NCBI GenBank assembly: GCA_965369435.1
Contig: CBDURI010000002.1
Location: 1 to 38,656 of the forward strand
DNA length: 38,656 nucleotides
From: an uncultured bacterium
Lineage (GTDB): Bacteria; Myxococcota_A; Polyangia; Polyangiales; Houyiibacteriaceae
Direction of reading: 5' to 3'
Positions 1-7,932 of the stretch are shown piece after piece; the first letter of the stretch is position 1; the number at the start of each line of letters is the position of its first letter. The notes beneath the pieces were generated by a model that was not told the origin of the DNA, searched no databases, and saw only the letters and a program-made list of their open reading frames with translations. A program made the translations under genes and the position numbers.

Positions 1-489
1 GAGATCAACCCCGCCTTCAAGCAGGGGAATTTCCTCCTTTCGAGCAGACACCTGAACACGGTATTTGTCGTGAACCCGGAAACCAACCGGGTGGTCTGGG
101 CGCTGCGCGGCGCTTTCAAAGCCCAGCACGACGCACGACTTCTCGACGACGGCAGTCTGATGCTTTTCGACAACTCGGGGCGAAAGGGACACGTCTCCGC
201 CGTGCAGGTCTACGACACCGCGAACGACGCGATCCAATGGGAGTACGCCGGCTCCGAAGCGCAGCCCTTCTACACCCGCTTTTGCGGCACCGCCCAGCGA
301 TTGTCCGGTGGAAACACACTGATCACTGAATCCGACAACGGCCGCGCCTTCGAAGTCACTCCCGACGGCAGCATCGTCTGGGAGTTCTACAACCCCCACC
401 GAGCCGGCGACCAAGACGAGTTCATCGCAACCCTCTTCCGAGTCGCCCGCATTCCCGAGGGACAGTCTCCTAGTAATTACGGACTATGA
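1..489 (+). CDS. Arylsulfotransferase (ASST)-like beta-propeller protein, C-terminal fragment. The 5' end lies outside the window.
   Basis: Frame 1 is open from nt 1 (EINPAFKQGNFLL...) through the listed 70..489 ORF to TGA at 487-489. Motifs such as HDARLLDDGSLMLFDN and GNTLITESDNGRAFEVTPDGSIVWEFYNP resemble ASST-family blade repeats. GC3 is high. Confidence 0.55.
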   Translation, partial: EINPAFKQGNFLLSSRHLNTVFVVNPETNRVVWALRGAFKAQHDARLLDDGSLMLFDNSGRKGHVSAVQVYDTANDAIQWEYAGSEAQPFYTRFCGTAQRLSGGNTLITESDNGRAFEVTPDGSIVWEFYNPHRAGDQDEFIATLFRVARIPEGQSPSNYGL

Positions 490-1348
490 CTTCGCTTACT
501 TTGCCGCGTTTCTTGGCGTCGCAGTTGATGGCGCGCGGAGCGGCGACGGTGACGATCTTGAAGTCCTTGTACAGATCTCGAATGAAGGGGACGTCGCTGT
601 TGGAGAGCATGAGTTTGGACCCTCGGCGGTCCAGGGCTTTGTAGACGTCGCGGAGGCGGGTTTGGTCTTCTTGGTAGAAACCGTCTCGCGCGTACGACGT
701 GAAACTCGCGGTTTGCGAGACCGGCTCGTAGGGCGGGTCGAAGTAGATGAAGTCGCCGGGCTTCGCGTCTTCGATAAGTGCGTCGAATGGTGCGCACTTG
801 AGTCGCGCGTGTCTCAATGCCCGGCTAGCGGCGTGCAGGCCTTCTTCGTTCAAGATGCGGGGATTCTTGTACGAGCCGACCGGCACGTTGAACTCGCCTT
901 TGCGATTCACGCGATGCAAACCATTGAAGCAAGTCTTGTTGAGGTAGATGAACATTGCCGCTCGCTTCGAGTTGGAGACGCGCCGGCTCTGGTTGTAGCG
1001 TTCGCGGACTTGGTAGTAGCTCTCCTTCGAGTGGCGACCGGCCAGCCTACGAAGCGCCGCGATCACCCCTTCCAGGTCATCACGAATCTGCGCGTACGCT
1101 GCTACGAGGGTTGGGTTGATGTCCGTCAGCAACGCGCGCTCCGGGCGGCGTGCGAAGAACAGAGCGCCGCCGCCGACGAACGGTTCGACATGGCGCATGT
1201 GCTTGATCCCTAAAGGGAGCAGCGGTCGCAGTTGGCTGAGCAATCGGCCCTTTCCCCCCACCCACTTCACGAAGGGGGCTGCCTCCCGCGGCTGCTGCTC
1301 TATCCTCACCGCGACCGCTGCAGATGTCGTCATATGTAGTATGATCAC
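470..1348 (-). CDS. dam: Dam-family DNA N6-adenine methyltransferase, probably GATC-specific. Orphan: no restriction partner is visible.
   Basis: N-terminal FVKWVGGKGRLL matches the KWAGGK SAM-binding motif. EPFVGGGALFF, YLNKTCFNGLHRVNRKGEFNVPVGSY and the catalytic FDPPY motif are collinear with E. coli Dam as I remember it. The start could be GTG at 1348 or ATG at 1333. Confidence 0.88.
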   Translation of the reverse strand: MIILHMTTSAAVAVRIEQQPREAAPFVKWVGGKGRLLSQLRPLLPLGIKHMRHVEPFVGGGALFFARRPERALLTDINPTLVAAYAQIRDDLEGVIAALRRLAGRHSKESYYQVRERYNQSRRVSNSKRAAMFIYLNKTCFNGLHRVNRKGEFNVPVGSYKNPRILNEEGLHAASRALRHARLKCAPFDALIEDAKPGDFIYFDPPYEPVSQTASFTSYARDGFYQEDQTRLRDVYKALDRRGSKLMLSNSDVPFIRDLYKDFKIVTVAAPRAINCDAKKRGKVSEVIVRNY

Positions 1349-1426
1349 CTACACAGAGCACAAAGCGCAAAAAGGCTGCGAAAGAGGGGCGAATTCCGAT
1401 CTGGTTTCGGCTAGTTGGCGCCGCCT

Positions 1427-2704
1427 CTATTGAGCGTCTGCCACCATCGCGCGGAGCCGCTCGACGGCCTGTTCGAGGATGGGCATCGGGGGCCCGAACG
1501 AGAACCGCATGTGCTGGACGAACCGCGAGGGCCTGCCCGTTCGGCGCTTGCCCGGGTTCACGTCGAAGAAGTGGCCCGGGACGCAGATGACCTGGCGTTC
1601 GAGAGCCGCCTGGAAGAAGTCGTCGCTGTTGCGAAGCGAAGGCGGCAGGCCGCTCAGGTCGCCCCAGGCGTAAAAAGTGCCCTGGGGCTCGAGGTCAAAC
1701 CGCACGCCGATGGCTTTTAGAGCACTCACGAGAAAGTCCCGTTTCTTTCGAAACTCGTCATGGATGGCTTTCGTCTCCGCGAGCGTCGGTTGTTCTTGTA
1801 CGAGTTCGATCGCCGTCCGCTGCATTGGCGCGACCCCACCGCCATCGAGGAACGAGCCCGCGCTCGCTGCCGACTCGATGACTCGTTTCGGGCCGACGAT
1901 CCAACTCACCCGGAATCCCGGGTAGCGCCAGTTCTTCGTGAGCCCGTCGAACACCACAATCGGGTCCTTGTCGACGTTCTCGACGAACTCCGCCGCGCTG
2001 ACGATCGATCGATCTTCAGCCCACACGTAGTGCGAGTAGAATTCATCGAGCAGCAGCGCGCAGTTCAAGTCGCGTGCTGTCTCGACCCAACTCGCCAATG
2101 TGTCGCCGTGTACGGCTTTGCCCGTTGGGTTGCAGGGATTGCTCGCCAGGATAGCGCTGAGACCGCGGCCGAGGATCTCCTCTTCGAGCTGTTGGCGACT
2201 GAACTCGTACCCTTGTTTCGGATCGAGCAGGATGGGGATCGGCAAGAAGCGCCGGAACACGTCGAGCAGCTCTTCATATGCCGTGTAATCCGGCAGAAAA
2301 TGCCCCAAATGAATAGGCGCTATCGCTGCGCACGCGCGCATGACGGCCACCCGGCCGCCACCCGCGATGCAGACGTTCTCAGCTGAGTACTGGGACTTCA
2401 TCCCACGGCGGAACAGCTTGTTGTAGAGCCCGGCCACCGCTTCGCGCAGCTCCCATACGCCAGCAACGGGCGCGTAGTCGAGGTCGCCCGTGTGGACGGG
2501 AATGCTCGTCACGCGTTCGGGCGCGCCCGGCAGATGCCCCGTGTCCGGCTGACCTTGCCCAAGGTTGCACCAGCCTGGCGCGTCAGGGCTGAAACCGCGC
2601 TTCTGTGCCTCGACCGTGACGTAGATGACGCCCGTGCGCGGGACCGGTCGAAATGCAGCGACCTCCGCGATGTCGTTCAGGGAAGTGGACTCGAGCTGGC
2701 TCAT
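1427..2704 (-). CDS. PLP-dependent aminotransferase (class I/II fold)
   Basis: This is the C-terminal 425 codons of the 784-aa track ORF, starting at ATG 2704 (MSQLESTS...). It has ASNPCNPTG and the Lys motif GLTKNWRYPGFRVSW typical of aspartate/aromatic-type aminotransferases. The upstream ORF extension overlaps real + strand genes and is Ala/Arg-rich shadow sequence. Confidence 0.85.
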   Translation of the reverse strand: MSQLESTSLNDIAEVAAFRPVPRTGVIYVTVEAQKRGFSPDAPGWCNLGQGQPDTGHLPGAPERVTSIPVHTGDLDYAPVAGVWELREAVAGLYNKLFRRGMKSQYSAENVCIAGGGRVAVMRACAAIAPIHLGHFLPDYTAYEELLDVFRRFLPIPILLDPKQGYEFSRQQLEEEILGRGLSAILASNPCNPTGKAVHGDTLASWVETARDLNCALLLDEFYSHYVWAEDRSIVSAAEFVENVDKDPIVVFDGLTKNWRYPGFRVSWIVGPKRVIESAASAGSFLDGGGVAPMQRTAIELVQEQPTLAETKAIHDEFRKKRDFLVSALKAIGVRFDLEPQGTFYAWGDLSGLPPSLRNSDDFFQAALERQVICVPGHFFDVNPGKRRTGRPSRFVQHMRFSFGPPMPILEQAVERLRAMVADAQ

Positions 2705-2752
2705 GAGCAGGCGGACTCTAGCAGAAGTCTCGAAATGGGATAGCCTTGCGTC

Positions 2753-3514
2753 ATGGATGTCCTGCGCATCGAGGAGCTGATGGTCGACTGTGTCGTCGGC
2801 GTGTACCCGCACGAGCGCGACGCTTCTCAGCCGCTCCGCGTCGACGTCGAGATGCGCCTCGAAACCGAAACATCCGCCGTCAAAGAAAGCCTGCGCTCTA
2901 CCATCGACTACGCTGCCACCACATCGCAACTCGTGTTCCTCCTGCGTAGTTGTCGCTTCCGCCTCCTCGAGACCGCGGGTCACGCGCTTGCTCGATATCT
3001 TCTCGCACCCCCAGCGCCCGACGAGCGCCGCGCGCAAGTCGACTCGGTGCTTGTCCGACTCACCAAGCCTGGCGCGCTTGGGGGCCTGGCCGTTCCTTCC
3101 CTCGAAATCGAGCGCATGGCCGCATGGTGTAATGTGGAGGTCGAGAGCAAGCCCTTCGGGACGGTCGATGTCATCTACGAGACGAAGGACGCCGGTATCT
3201 ACCGGCTCAACGTTGCCCCGGGCAAGAGCATCCCGCTTCACATGCATCAGCAGATGCGGGAGTCCGAGATGGTGCTTGGCGAAGGGCTCATGTGTCAGGG
3301 GCAGCCGTGTGCGCCAGGGACCATACACCGCTGGCCGACCGGGGCGGCGCACACGTATATGAACCCGACCGAACGCCACCAGGCAATCCTCTGCGTCGAC
3401 TTGCCGCGCTTCATCCCCGACGACGAAATCGAAGTCGCCGGAGAGCCGGCCGACGTTCCCGCCGAACCCCCATGGGGTTCGCCTGCGGGGGTGCCACTTG
3501 CGGGATTGAGCTGA
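2753..3514 (+). CDS. Dihydroneopterin aldolase (FolB/FolX-like) domain fused to a C-terminal cupin domain
   Basis: Residues 1-125 (MDVLRIEELMVDCVVGVYPHERDASQPLRVDVEM...IDYA...RLTKPGA) are collinear with the FolB Glu and Lys motifs. Residues about 150-225 carry cupin metal motifs (GKSIPLHMHQQMRESEMVLGEG ... PGTIHRWPTGAAHTYMN). It is a single uninterrupted ORF. Confidence 0.8.
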   Translation: MDVLRIEELMVDCVVGVYPHERDASQPLRVDVEMRLETETSAVKESLRSTIDYAATTSQLVFLLRSCRFRLLETAGHALARYLLAPPAPDERRAQVDSVLVRLTKPGALGGLAVPSLEIERMAAWCNVEVESKPFGTVDVIYETKDAGIYRLNVAPGKSIPLHMHQQMRESEMVLGEGLMCQGQPCAPGTIHRWPTGAAHTYMNPTERHQAILCVDLPRFIPDDEIEVAGEPADVPAEPPWGSPAGVPLAGLS

Positions 3515-3515
3515 G

Positions 3516-4289
3516 ATGAACGTTTCAGAAGGAACCGTGATCGTCAGCGGTGCGACGCGCGGAATCGGCCGCGCAACGGTCGACGCGATCCTGGCGCGTG
3601 GCGGCAAGGTCGTTGCAATTGCCCGCGACGAGCAGGCATTGGGGGAGCTCGAGGCGTCCGCGACGGACCGCATTCGAGTCGTCGCCGTAGACCTGTCGGA
3701 CGTGGCAGGCGTCCCTGCGGCTGCCGCACGCGCCATCGACGCATTCGGAGCCGTCGATGGCTTGGTGAACTGCGCTGGCATTGCGAGCTACGAGCCGGTC
3801 GTCGCCGTCAGCCTCGAATCCATCGAAGCTCAGTTTCGTGTCAATCTCATCGCCCCGCTGCTGCTGTCGCAGGCCGTCGCGAAGCACCTTCGCGGCCGTG
3901 GAGGCTCGATTGTCAACGTCTCGAGCACGCTGTCGGAACGCGTCGCGCAGACCACGGTCGTGTACGCGGCCACCAAGGCCGCACTCAATACACTCACCAA
4001 GGGCCTCGCGCTCGAGCTTGCACCAGCGGGCGTGCGGGTGAACGCAGTGCTGCCGGGTGGTGTGAACACCGACATGCTGCGAACGCCGCGGCTGCGTCCC
4101 GGCGAGTCCCTTACGGCGCAAGAGCTCAGGCAGCGTGTTGCATCTCAGCTCGAGGCATTCGCTGCGCTGCACCCGCTCGGACGCCTTGGAAAACCAGAGG
4201 AAGTCGCCGCCGTCATCGTTCATGTGCTCGATCAAACGTGGCAGACGGGAAGCCTGGTCACCATCGATGGGGGCCTGTCGATCGCCTAG
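3516..4289 (+). CDS. Short-chain dehydrogenase/reductase (SDR family oxidoreductase)
   Basis: It has the cofactor motif VSGATRGIGRA (TGxxxGxG), NCAG, and the catalytic YAATKAAL (YxxxK). The length of 257 aa is typical. It starts 2 nt after the FolB-cupin stop. Confidence 0.9.
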   Translation: MNVSEGTVIVSGATRGIGRATVDAILARGGKVVAIARDEQALGELEASATDRIRVVAVDLSDVAGVPAAAARAIDAFGAVDGLVNCAGIASYEPVVAVSLESIEAQFRVNLIAPLLLSQAVAKHLRGRGGSIVNVSSTLSERVAQTTVVYAATKAALNTLTKGLALELAPAGVRVNAVLPGGVNTDMLRTPRLRPGESLTAQELRQRVASQLEAFAALHPLGRLGKPEEVAAVIVHVLDQTWQTGSLVTIDGGLSIA

Positions 4290-4329
4290 GCTTGAAGGCT
4301 CGGGTGTTTTCACACACACTCCGCCGAAC

Positions 4330-4869
4330 GTGGCTCGAACCCAGAAGGTCGTACTCGATGCGGAGGCTATCCAACGGAGCATTCGCCGCATTGCTGTCGC
4401 GATTCTGGAAGCGACCTCGGGCATTCAAGACCTGACCTTGGTCGGTATCCGCCGCGGCGGGGTCTCGCTGTCCGCGCGCATCGCAGACGAGATTGCGAAG
4501 GTCGAGGGGAGGCCGCCTCCGGTCGGGACGGTCGACATCTCGCTCTATCGGGACGACGCAGCGACAGCGCTTCCCAATCCCAAGATCGGACCGAGCGATA
4601 TTCCGTTCGACGTCAACGGCCGTCATGTCGTGCTCGTCGATGATGTCCTTCATACGGGGCGCACTGTGCGGGCGGCCATCGAGTGCCTCCAAGACCACGG
4701 CCGCCCTGCACGGATCTGGCTCGCGGCGCTTTGCGACCGCGGCGGTCGCGAGCTTCCCATCGCGCCGGATTTCGTGGGTCGTACCATCGAGGTCGATCAG
4801 GGCGCGCGGCTGGACGTGTGGATTGACGCGGCCGGGCCGGATCGCGCGGTGGTTACGGAGGCGGAGTGA
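4330..4869 (+). CDS. pyrR: PyrR: pyrimidine operon regulator / uracil phosphoribosyltransferase
   Basis: It has the PRPP-binding motif [17 protein letters not shown] and ISLYRDD. I chose the GTG at 4330 as start, giving the typical 179 aa. The track ORF from 4135 overlaps the SDR gene. The stop overlaps the pyrB start. Confidence 0.88.
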   Translation: MARTQKVVLDAEAIQRSIRRIAVAILEATSGIQDLTLVGIRRGGVSLSARIADEIAKVEGRPPPVGTVDISLYRDDAATALPNPKIGPSDIPFDVNGRHVVLVDDVLHTGRTVRAAIECLQDHGRPARIWLAALCDRGGRELPIAPDFVGRTIEVDQGARLDVWIDAAGPDRAVVTEAE

Positions 4870-5822
4870 TGGAGGCGTTCCCTCACCGCAGCCTCCTCGA
4901 CATCGAAGGCCTCACCCGCCCTGATGTCGAGCGCATCCTCGACACGGCCGAGGCGTTCCTCCAAGTGTCGCGACGGCCCGTGCGCAAGGTGCCCACGCTT
5001 CGCGGCAAGACGGTCATCAATTTGTTCTACGAGGCGTCCACTCGAACCCGGACGTCGTTCGAGCTCGCGGGGAAGCGCCTGAGCGCCGACGTCATCAACA
5101 TGAGCGTCTCCGCGTCGAGCGTACGAAAAGGCGAGACGCTCCAGGACACCTGCCGAACGCTCGAGGCGATGCATCCCGATGTGATCGTCATTCGACACAA
5201 CGCCTCGGGTGCGCCGAGCTACGTCGCCTCCAAAGTCGGCTGTAGTGTCATCAACGCAGGCGACGGGATGCACGCCCATCCGACGCAGGCGCTGCTCGAC
5301 GCGTTTACGATCCGACACGAGAAGGGCACGCTCGACAACCTGGTCGTGACCATCGTCGGCGACATCGCCCACTCGCGCGTCGCGCGTTCGAACGCGCACC
5401 TGCTGAACCTGTTTGGATGTGAGGTTCGAGTGGTCGGACCACGCACACTGCTGCCGCTGGCCGTCGACGCCCTCGGCGTGCGGGTGTTCGACCGGCTCGA
5501 GGAGGCGCTCGATGGAGCGGACGTCGTGATGGTTCTACGTATTCAGCAAGAGCGTCTCGCGGGCGCGCTCCTGCCGAGCCTTCGTGAATACGCGCGCACG
5601 TTCGGCATCGGTCCGGTGGCGCTTGCCTACGCAAAGCCCGATGCCATCGTCATGCACCCCGGCCCGATGAACCGGGGCATCGAGATCGAACCGAGCGTTG
5701 CTGACGGGGAGCGCAGCGTCGTTCTGCAACAGGTCGAGGCCGGCGTCGCCGTGCGCATGGCGCTTCTCTACCTGTGCGCTGGCGAAACCACCGAGGCGCC
5801 GGCCGTTGGCGAGGTAGATTGA
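4866..5822 (+). CDS. pyrB: Aspartate carbamoyltransferase catalytic subunit
   Basis: It has [11 protein letters not shown] (STRTR carbamoyl-phosphate motif) and [10 protein letters not shown] (HPTQ). Length is 318 aa. There is an ATGA-type overlap with pyrR. Confidence 0.95.
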   Translation: MMEAFPHRSLLDIEGLTRPDVERILDTAEAFLQVSRRPVRKVPTLRGKTVINLFYEASTRTRTSFELAGKRLSADVINMSVSASSVRKGETLQDTCRTLEAMHPDVIVIRHNASGAPSYVASKVGCSVINAGDGMHAHPTQALLDAFTIRHEKGTLDNLVVTIVGDIAHSRVARSNAHLLNLFGCEVRVVGPRTLLPLAVDALGVRVFDRLEEALDGADVVMVLRIQQERLAGALLPSLREYARTFGIGPVALAYAKPDAIVMHPGPMNRGIEIEPSVADGERSVVLQQVEAGVAVRMALLYLCAGETTEAPAVGEVD

Positions 5823-6994
5823 CGGGCGTTCGGACAGGGCTCGACCGAATCGCCGACGGTGACCCCAAGGCGGTCCGTCTGGTCGCAGGACGAAATGTGG
5901 GGTTACTGGCGCACGGGGCCAGTGTCGATCGTTTGCTTCGCCCGGCGTCGTCGGTCTTGCGCCAAGCAGGCGCTCACGTCCGTGCGCTCTTTGGTCCCGA
6001 GCATGGATTCGCGAGTGCCGCTCAGGATATGGTCGGGGTCGGGAGCCACGACGCGTCTGAGACTCCGGTGTATTCCCTCTATGGCGATGACGCGCAAGAC
6101 TTGAGCCCGAAGCCGGAGTGGTTGCGGGGCCTGGACGTGATCGTGATCGATCTGCAAGACATCGGCTCTCGCTACTACACCTACGTTTGGACCGCTGCCC
6201 TCATGATGAAAGTTGCTGCAGCCGTCGGGACGGATGTGGTGGTTCTCGATCGCCCCAACCCTCTTGGCGGCGTGCGTGTTGAAGGCGCGCCACAGCGTGA
6301 CGGCTATCTCTCGTTCGTGGGGTTGCATCCGATCGCGGTGCGTCACGGCCTGACGATCGCGGAGCTCATGCGCTGGGTCTGCGACCGGGAGCAGATCGAC
6401 CGCGGGGTGCTCGACGTCGTGGAGATGGACGGGTGGAGGCGCGCATTGGAGTGGTGGGATACCGATCTTCCGTGGGTGATGCCGTCCCCTAACATGCCGA
6501 CGCTCGACACCGCACTGGTGTACCCGGGTGGATGCCTAGTCGAGGGGACCAAGCTTTCCGAAGGGAGGGGTACCACTAGGCCGTTCGAGCTCTGGGGCGG
6601 GCCCGGTCTGGACGTGGGCCCGCTGCTAGAACTCGATCTCCACGGCGTCTCGTTGAGGCCCGTCGAGTTCACACCGACATTTCAAAAGCACGCGGGCCGA
6701 ACCTGCTCTGGGGTGCAACTTCACGTCACCGATCCCTGGGTGTTTCGACCCTACGAGGCCTATCTTCGCATGCTTGCAGCGGTGCTTCCGTCTGTGCCCA
6801 GCGAAGAGCGATGGCGGACCGAAGCCTACGAATTCGTCTCTGATCGCCCCGCCATCGATCTGCTCACCGGAGGTCCCGAGTTTCGTGCCTCGGTCGACGC
6901 TGGAGTATCGGTCGACGAGGTGCTCGCACAAGAGGCGCGAGGCGCAGCCAAGTTCGAAGACGAGCGCCGCGCAGCGTGGATCTACGAGAAGTGA
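5819..6994 (+). CDS. DUF1343 family protein (NamZ-like exo-beta-N-acetylmuramidase family)
   Basis: [10 protein letters not shown]...LFGPEHGF...PVYSLYG...[18 protein letters not shown]...DRPNPLGG is the characteristic DUF1343 N-terminal pattern. The start is uncertain: TTG at 5819 overlaps the pyrB stop as TTGA, and the alternative is the track start at 5774. Confidence 0.8.
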   Translation: MTGVRTGLDRIADGDPKAVRLVAGRNVGLLAHGASVDRLLRPASSVLRQAGAHVRALFGPEHGFASAAQDMVGVGSHDASETPVYSLYGDDAQDLSPKPEWLRGLDVIVIDLQDIGSRYYTYVWTAALMMKVAAAVGTDVVVLDRPNPLGGVRVEGAPQRDGYLSFVGLHPIAVRHGLTIAELMRWVCDREQIDRGVLDVVEMDGWRRALEWWDTDLPWVMPSPNMPTLDTALVYPGGCLVEGTKLSEGRGTTRPFELWGGPGLDVGPLLELDLHGVSLRPVEFTPTFQKHAGRTCSGVQLHVTDPWVFRPYEAYLRMLAAVLPSVPSEERWRTEAYEFVSDRPAIDLLTGGPEFRASVDAGVSVDEVLAQEARGAAKFEDERRAAWIYEK

Positions 6995-7932
6995 CGGAAG
7001 CCGGTGGCATCCAACTCGATGGCTTGGCCTGCCTCGTCGACCACGCGCACGCCGGAGCCGTCGACGATTCGTCCGATCTTGGTTCCTAGTGCTTCCGCTT
7101 CAGGAGATTCGAGCGCGGTGAACATCAGCTCGTAGTCTTCGCCACCGGTGAGCGCGAGTGCTGTCGGAGCGAGGCCGAGGCTTTCGCATCCCGTTTTGTA
7201 GCCGGGCGCGTTCGGGATCGCATCGGCGCGCAAGGTCGCGCCGACGTTCGAAGCGGCGCACACGTGCTGCAGGTCTTGCAGGCAGCCGTCAGAGACATCG
7301 ACCGCTGCGGTCGCGATGGTGGCAAGAGCCTTCGCCGCCGGGCCATGCGTCGGCGGCCGCCGCCACCGTTCGATGAAGTCCGGAGCGTGACCGGTCGTCG
7401 GCGCTCGGTTCTGGAGGATCGCAAGTCCGAGAGCGGCCGAACCCAGTGTCCCGGTCACATAAATGGCGTCACCGGGCCGGGCGCCGTCGCGCGTCACCGG
7501 TTCCGCGACAGGCGAGCCCAACACAGTGGTGGTGACCGTCAGCGATTCGCCTCCGCTCAGATTTCCGCCAGCGATTCGTATCCCGGTGCTGCGCGCGGCT
7601 TCGGCGAGACCCTCGATCAGCTCACGAAACTGTTCGTCCGGCAAGTCCGCCGGGAGGGAGAGGGCGACGACGGAGGCACTTGGCATCGCCGCCATCGCCC
7701 ACACGTCGCTCGCGGCTGCGACCATGGCGCGGTACCCCAGGTCACGGCACGAGATCAGGTCGCGCCTGAAGTGGACGCCTTCGACCTGCGTGTCGACCGT
7801 GACGATGGTGGGCCCAGCGCCCAAGTCGATCACCGCGGCGTCGTCCCCGATACCGACTATCGGTTTCTTCGAGTCGCCATCGAGGTCGAAGCGGTTCTTC
7901 AGCCATTCGATCTTGGCGAACTCGTCATGCAT
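6982..7932 (-). CDS. thiL: Thiamine-monophosphate kinase
   Basis: It has the GIGDDAAVI motif and AIR-synthase-like PurM N- and C-domain architecture. Length is 316 aa. The start overlaps the histidine kinase stop by 8 nt. Confidence 0.88.
   Translation of the reverse strand: MHDEFAKIEWLKNRFDLDGDSKKPIVGIGDDAAVIDLGAGPTIVTVDTQVEGVHFRRDLISCRDLGYRAMVAAASDVWAMAAMPSASVVALSLPADLPDEQFRELIEGLAEAARSTGIRIAGGNLSGGESLTVTTTVLGSPVAEPVTRDGARPGDAIYVTGTLGSAALGLAILQNRAPTTGHAPDFIERWRRPPTHGPAAKALATIATAAVDVSDGCLQDLQHVCAASNVGATLRADAIPNAPGYKTGCESLGLAPTALALTGGEDYELMFTALESPEAEALGTKIGRIVDGSGVRVVDEAGQAIELDATGFRHFS

Noticed and set aside
2705-3781. N-terminal 359 codons of the 784-aa minus-strand ORF (1427..3781)
   Set aside because: This part overlaps the well-supported + strand FolB-cupin and SDR genes. 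Its translation is Ala/Arg/Pro/Ser-rich shadow sequence with no recognisable domain. The aminotransferase homology begins only at the Met at 2704.
4135-4329. Longer PyrR start at 4135 (244 aa)
   Set aside because: It would overlap the SDR gene by 155 nt and add a non-homologous N-terminus of about 65 aa. GTG 4330 gives the canonical length of about 180 aa.
4290-4329. Search for a PyrR-binding RNA hairpin / attenuator upstream of pyrR
   Set aside because: There is no UCCAGAGAGG-like loop and no terminator/antiterminator pair in the 40-nt leader. There is only a weak 4-bp stem and a short T-run.
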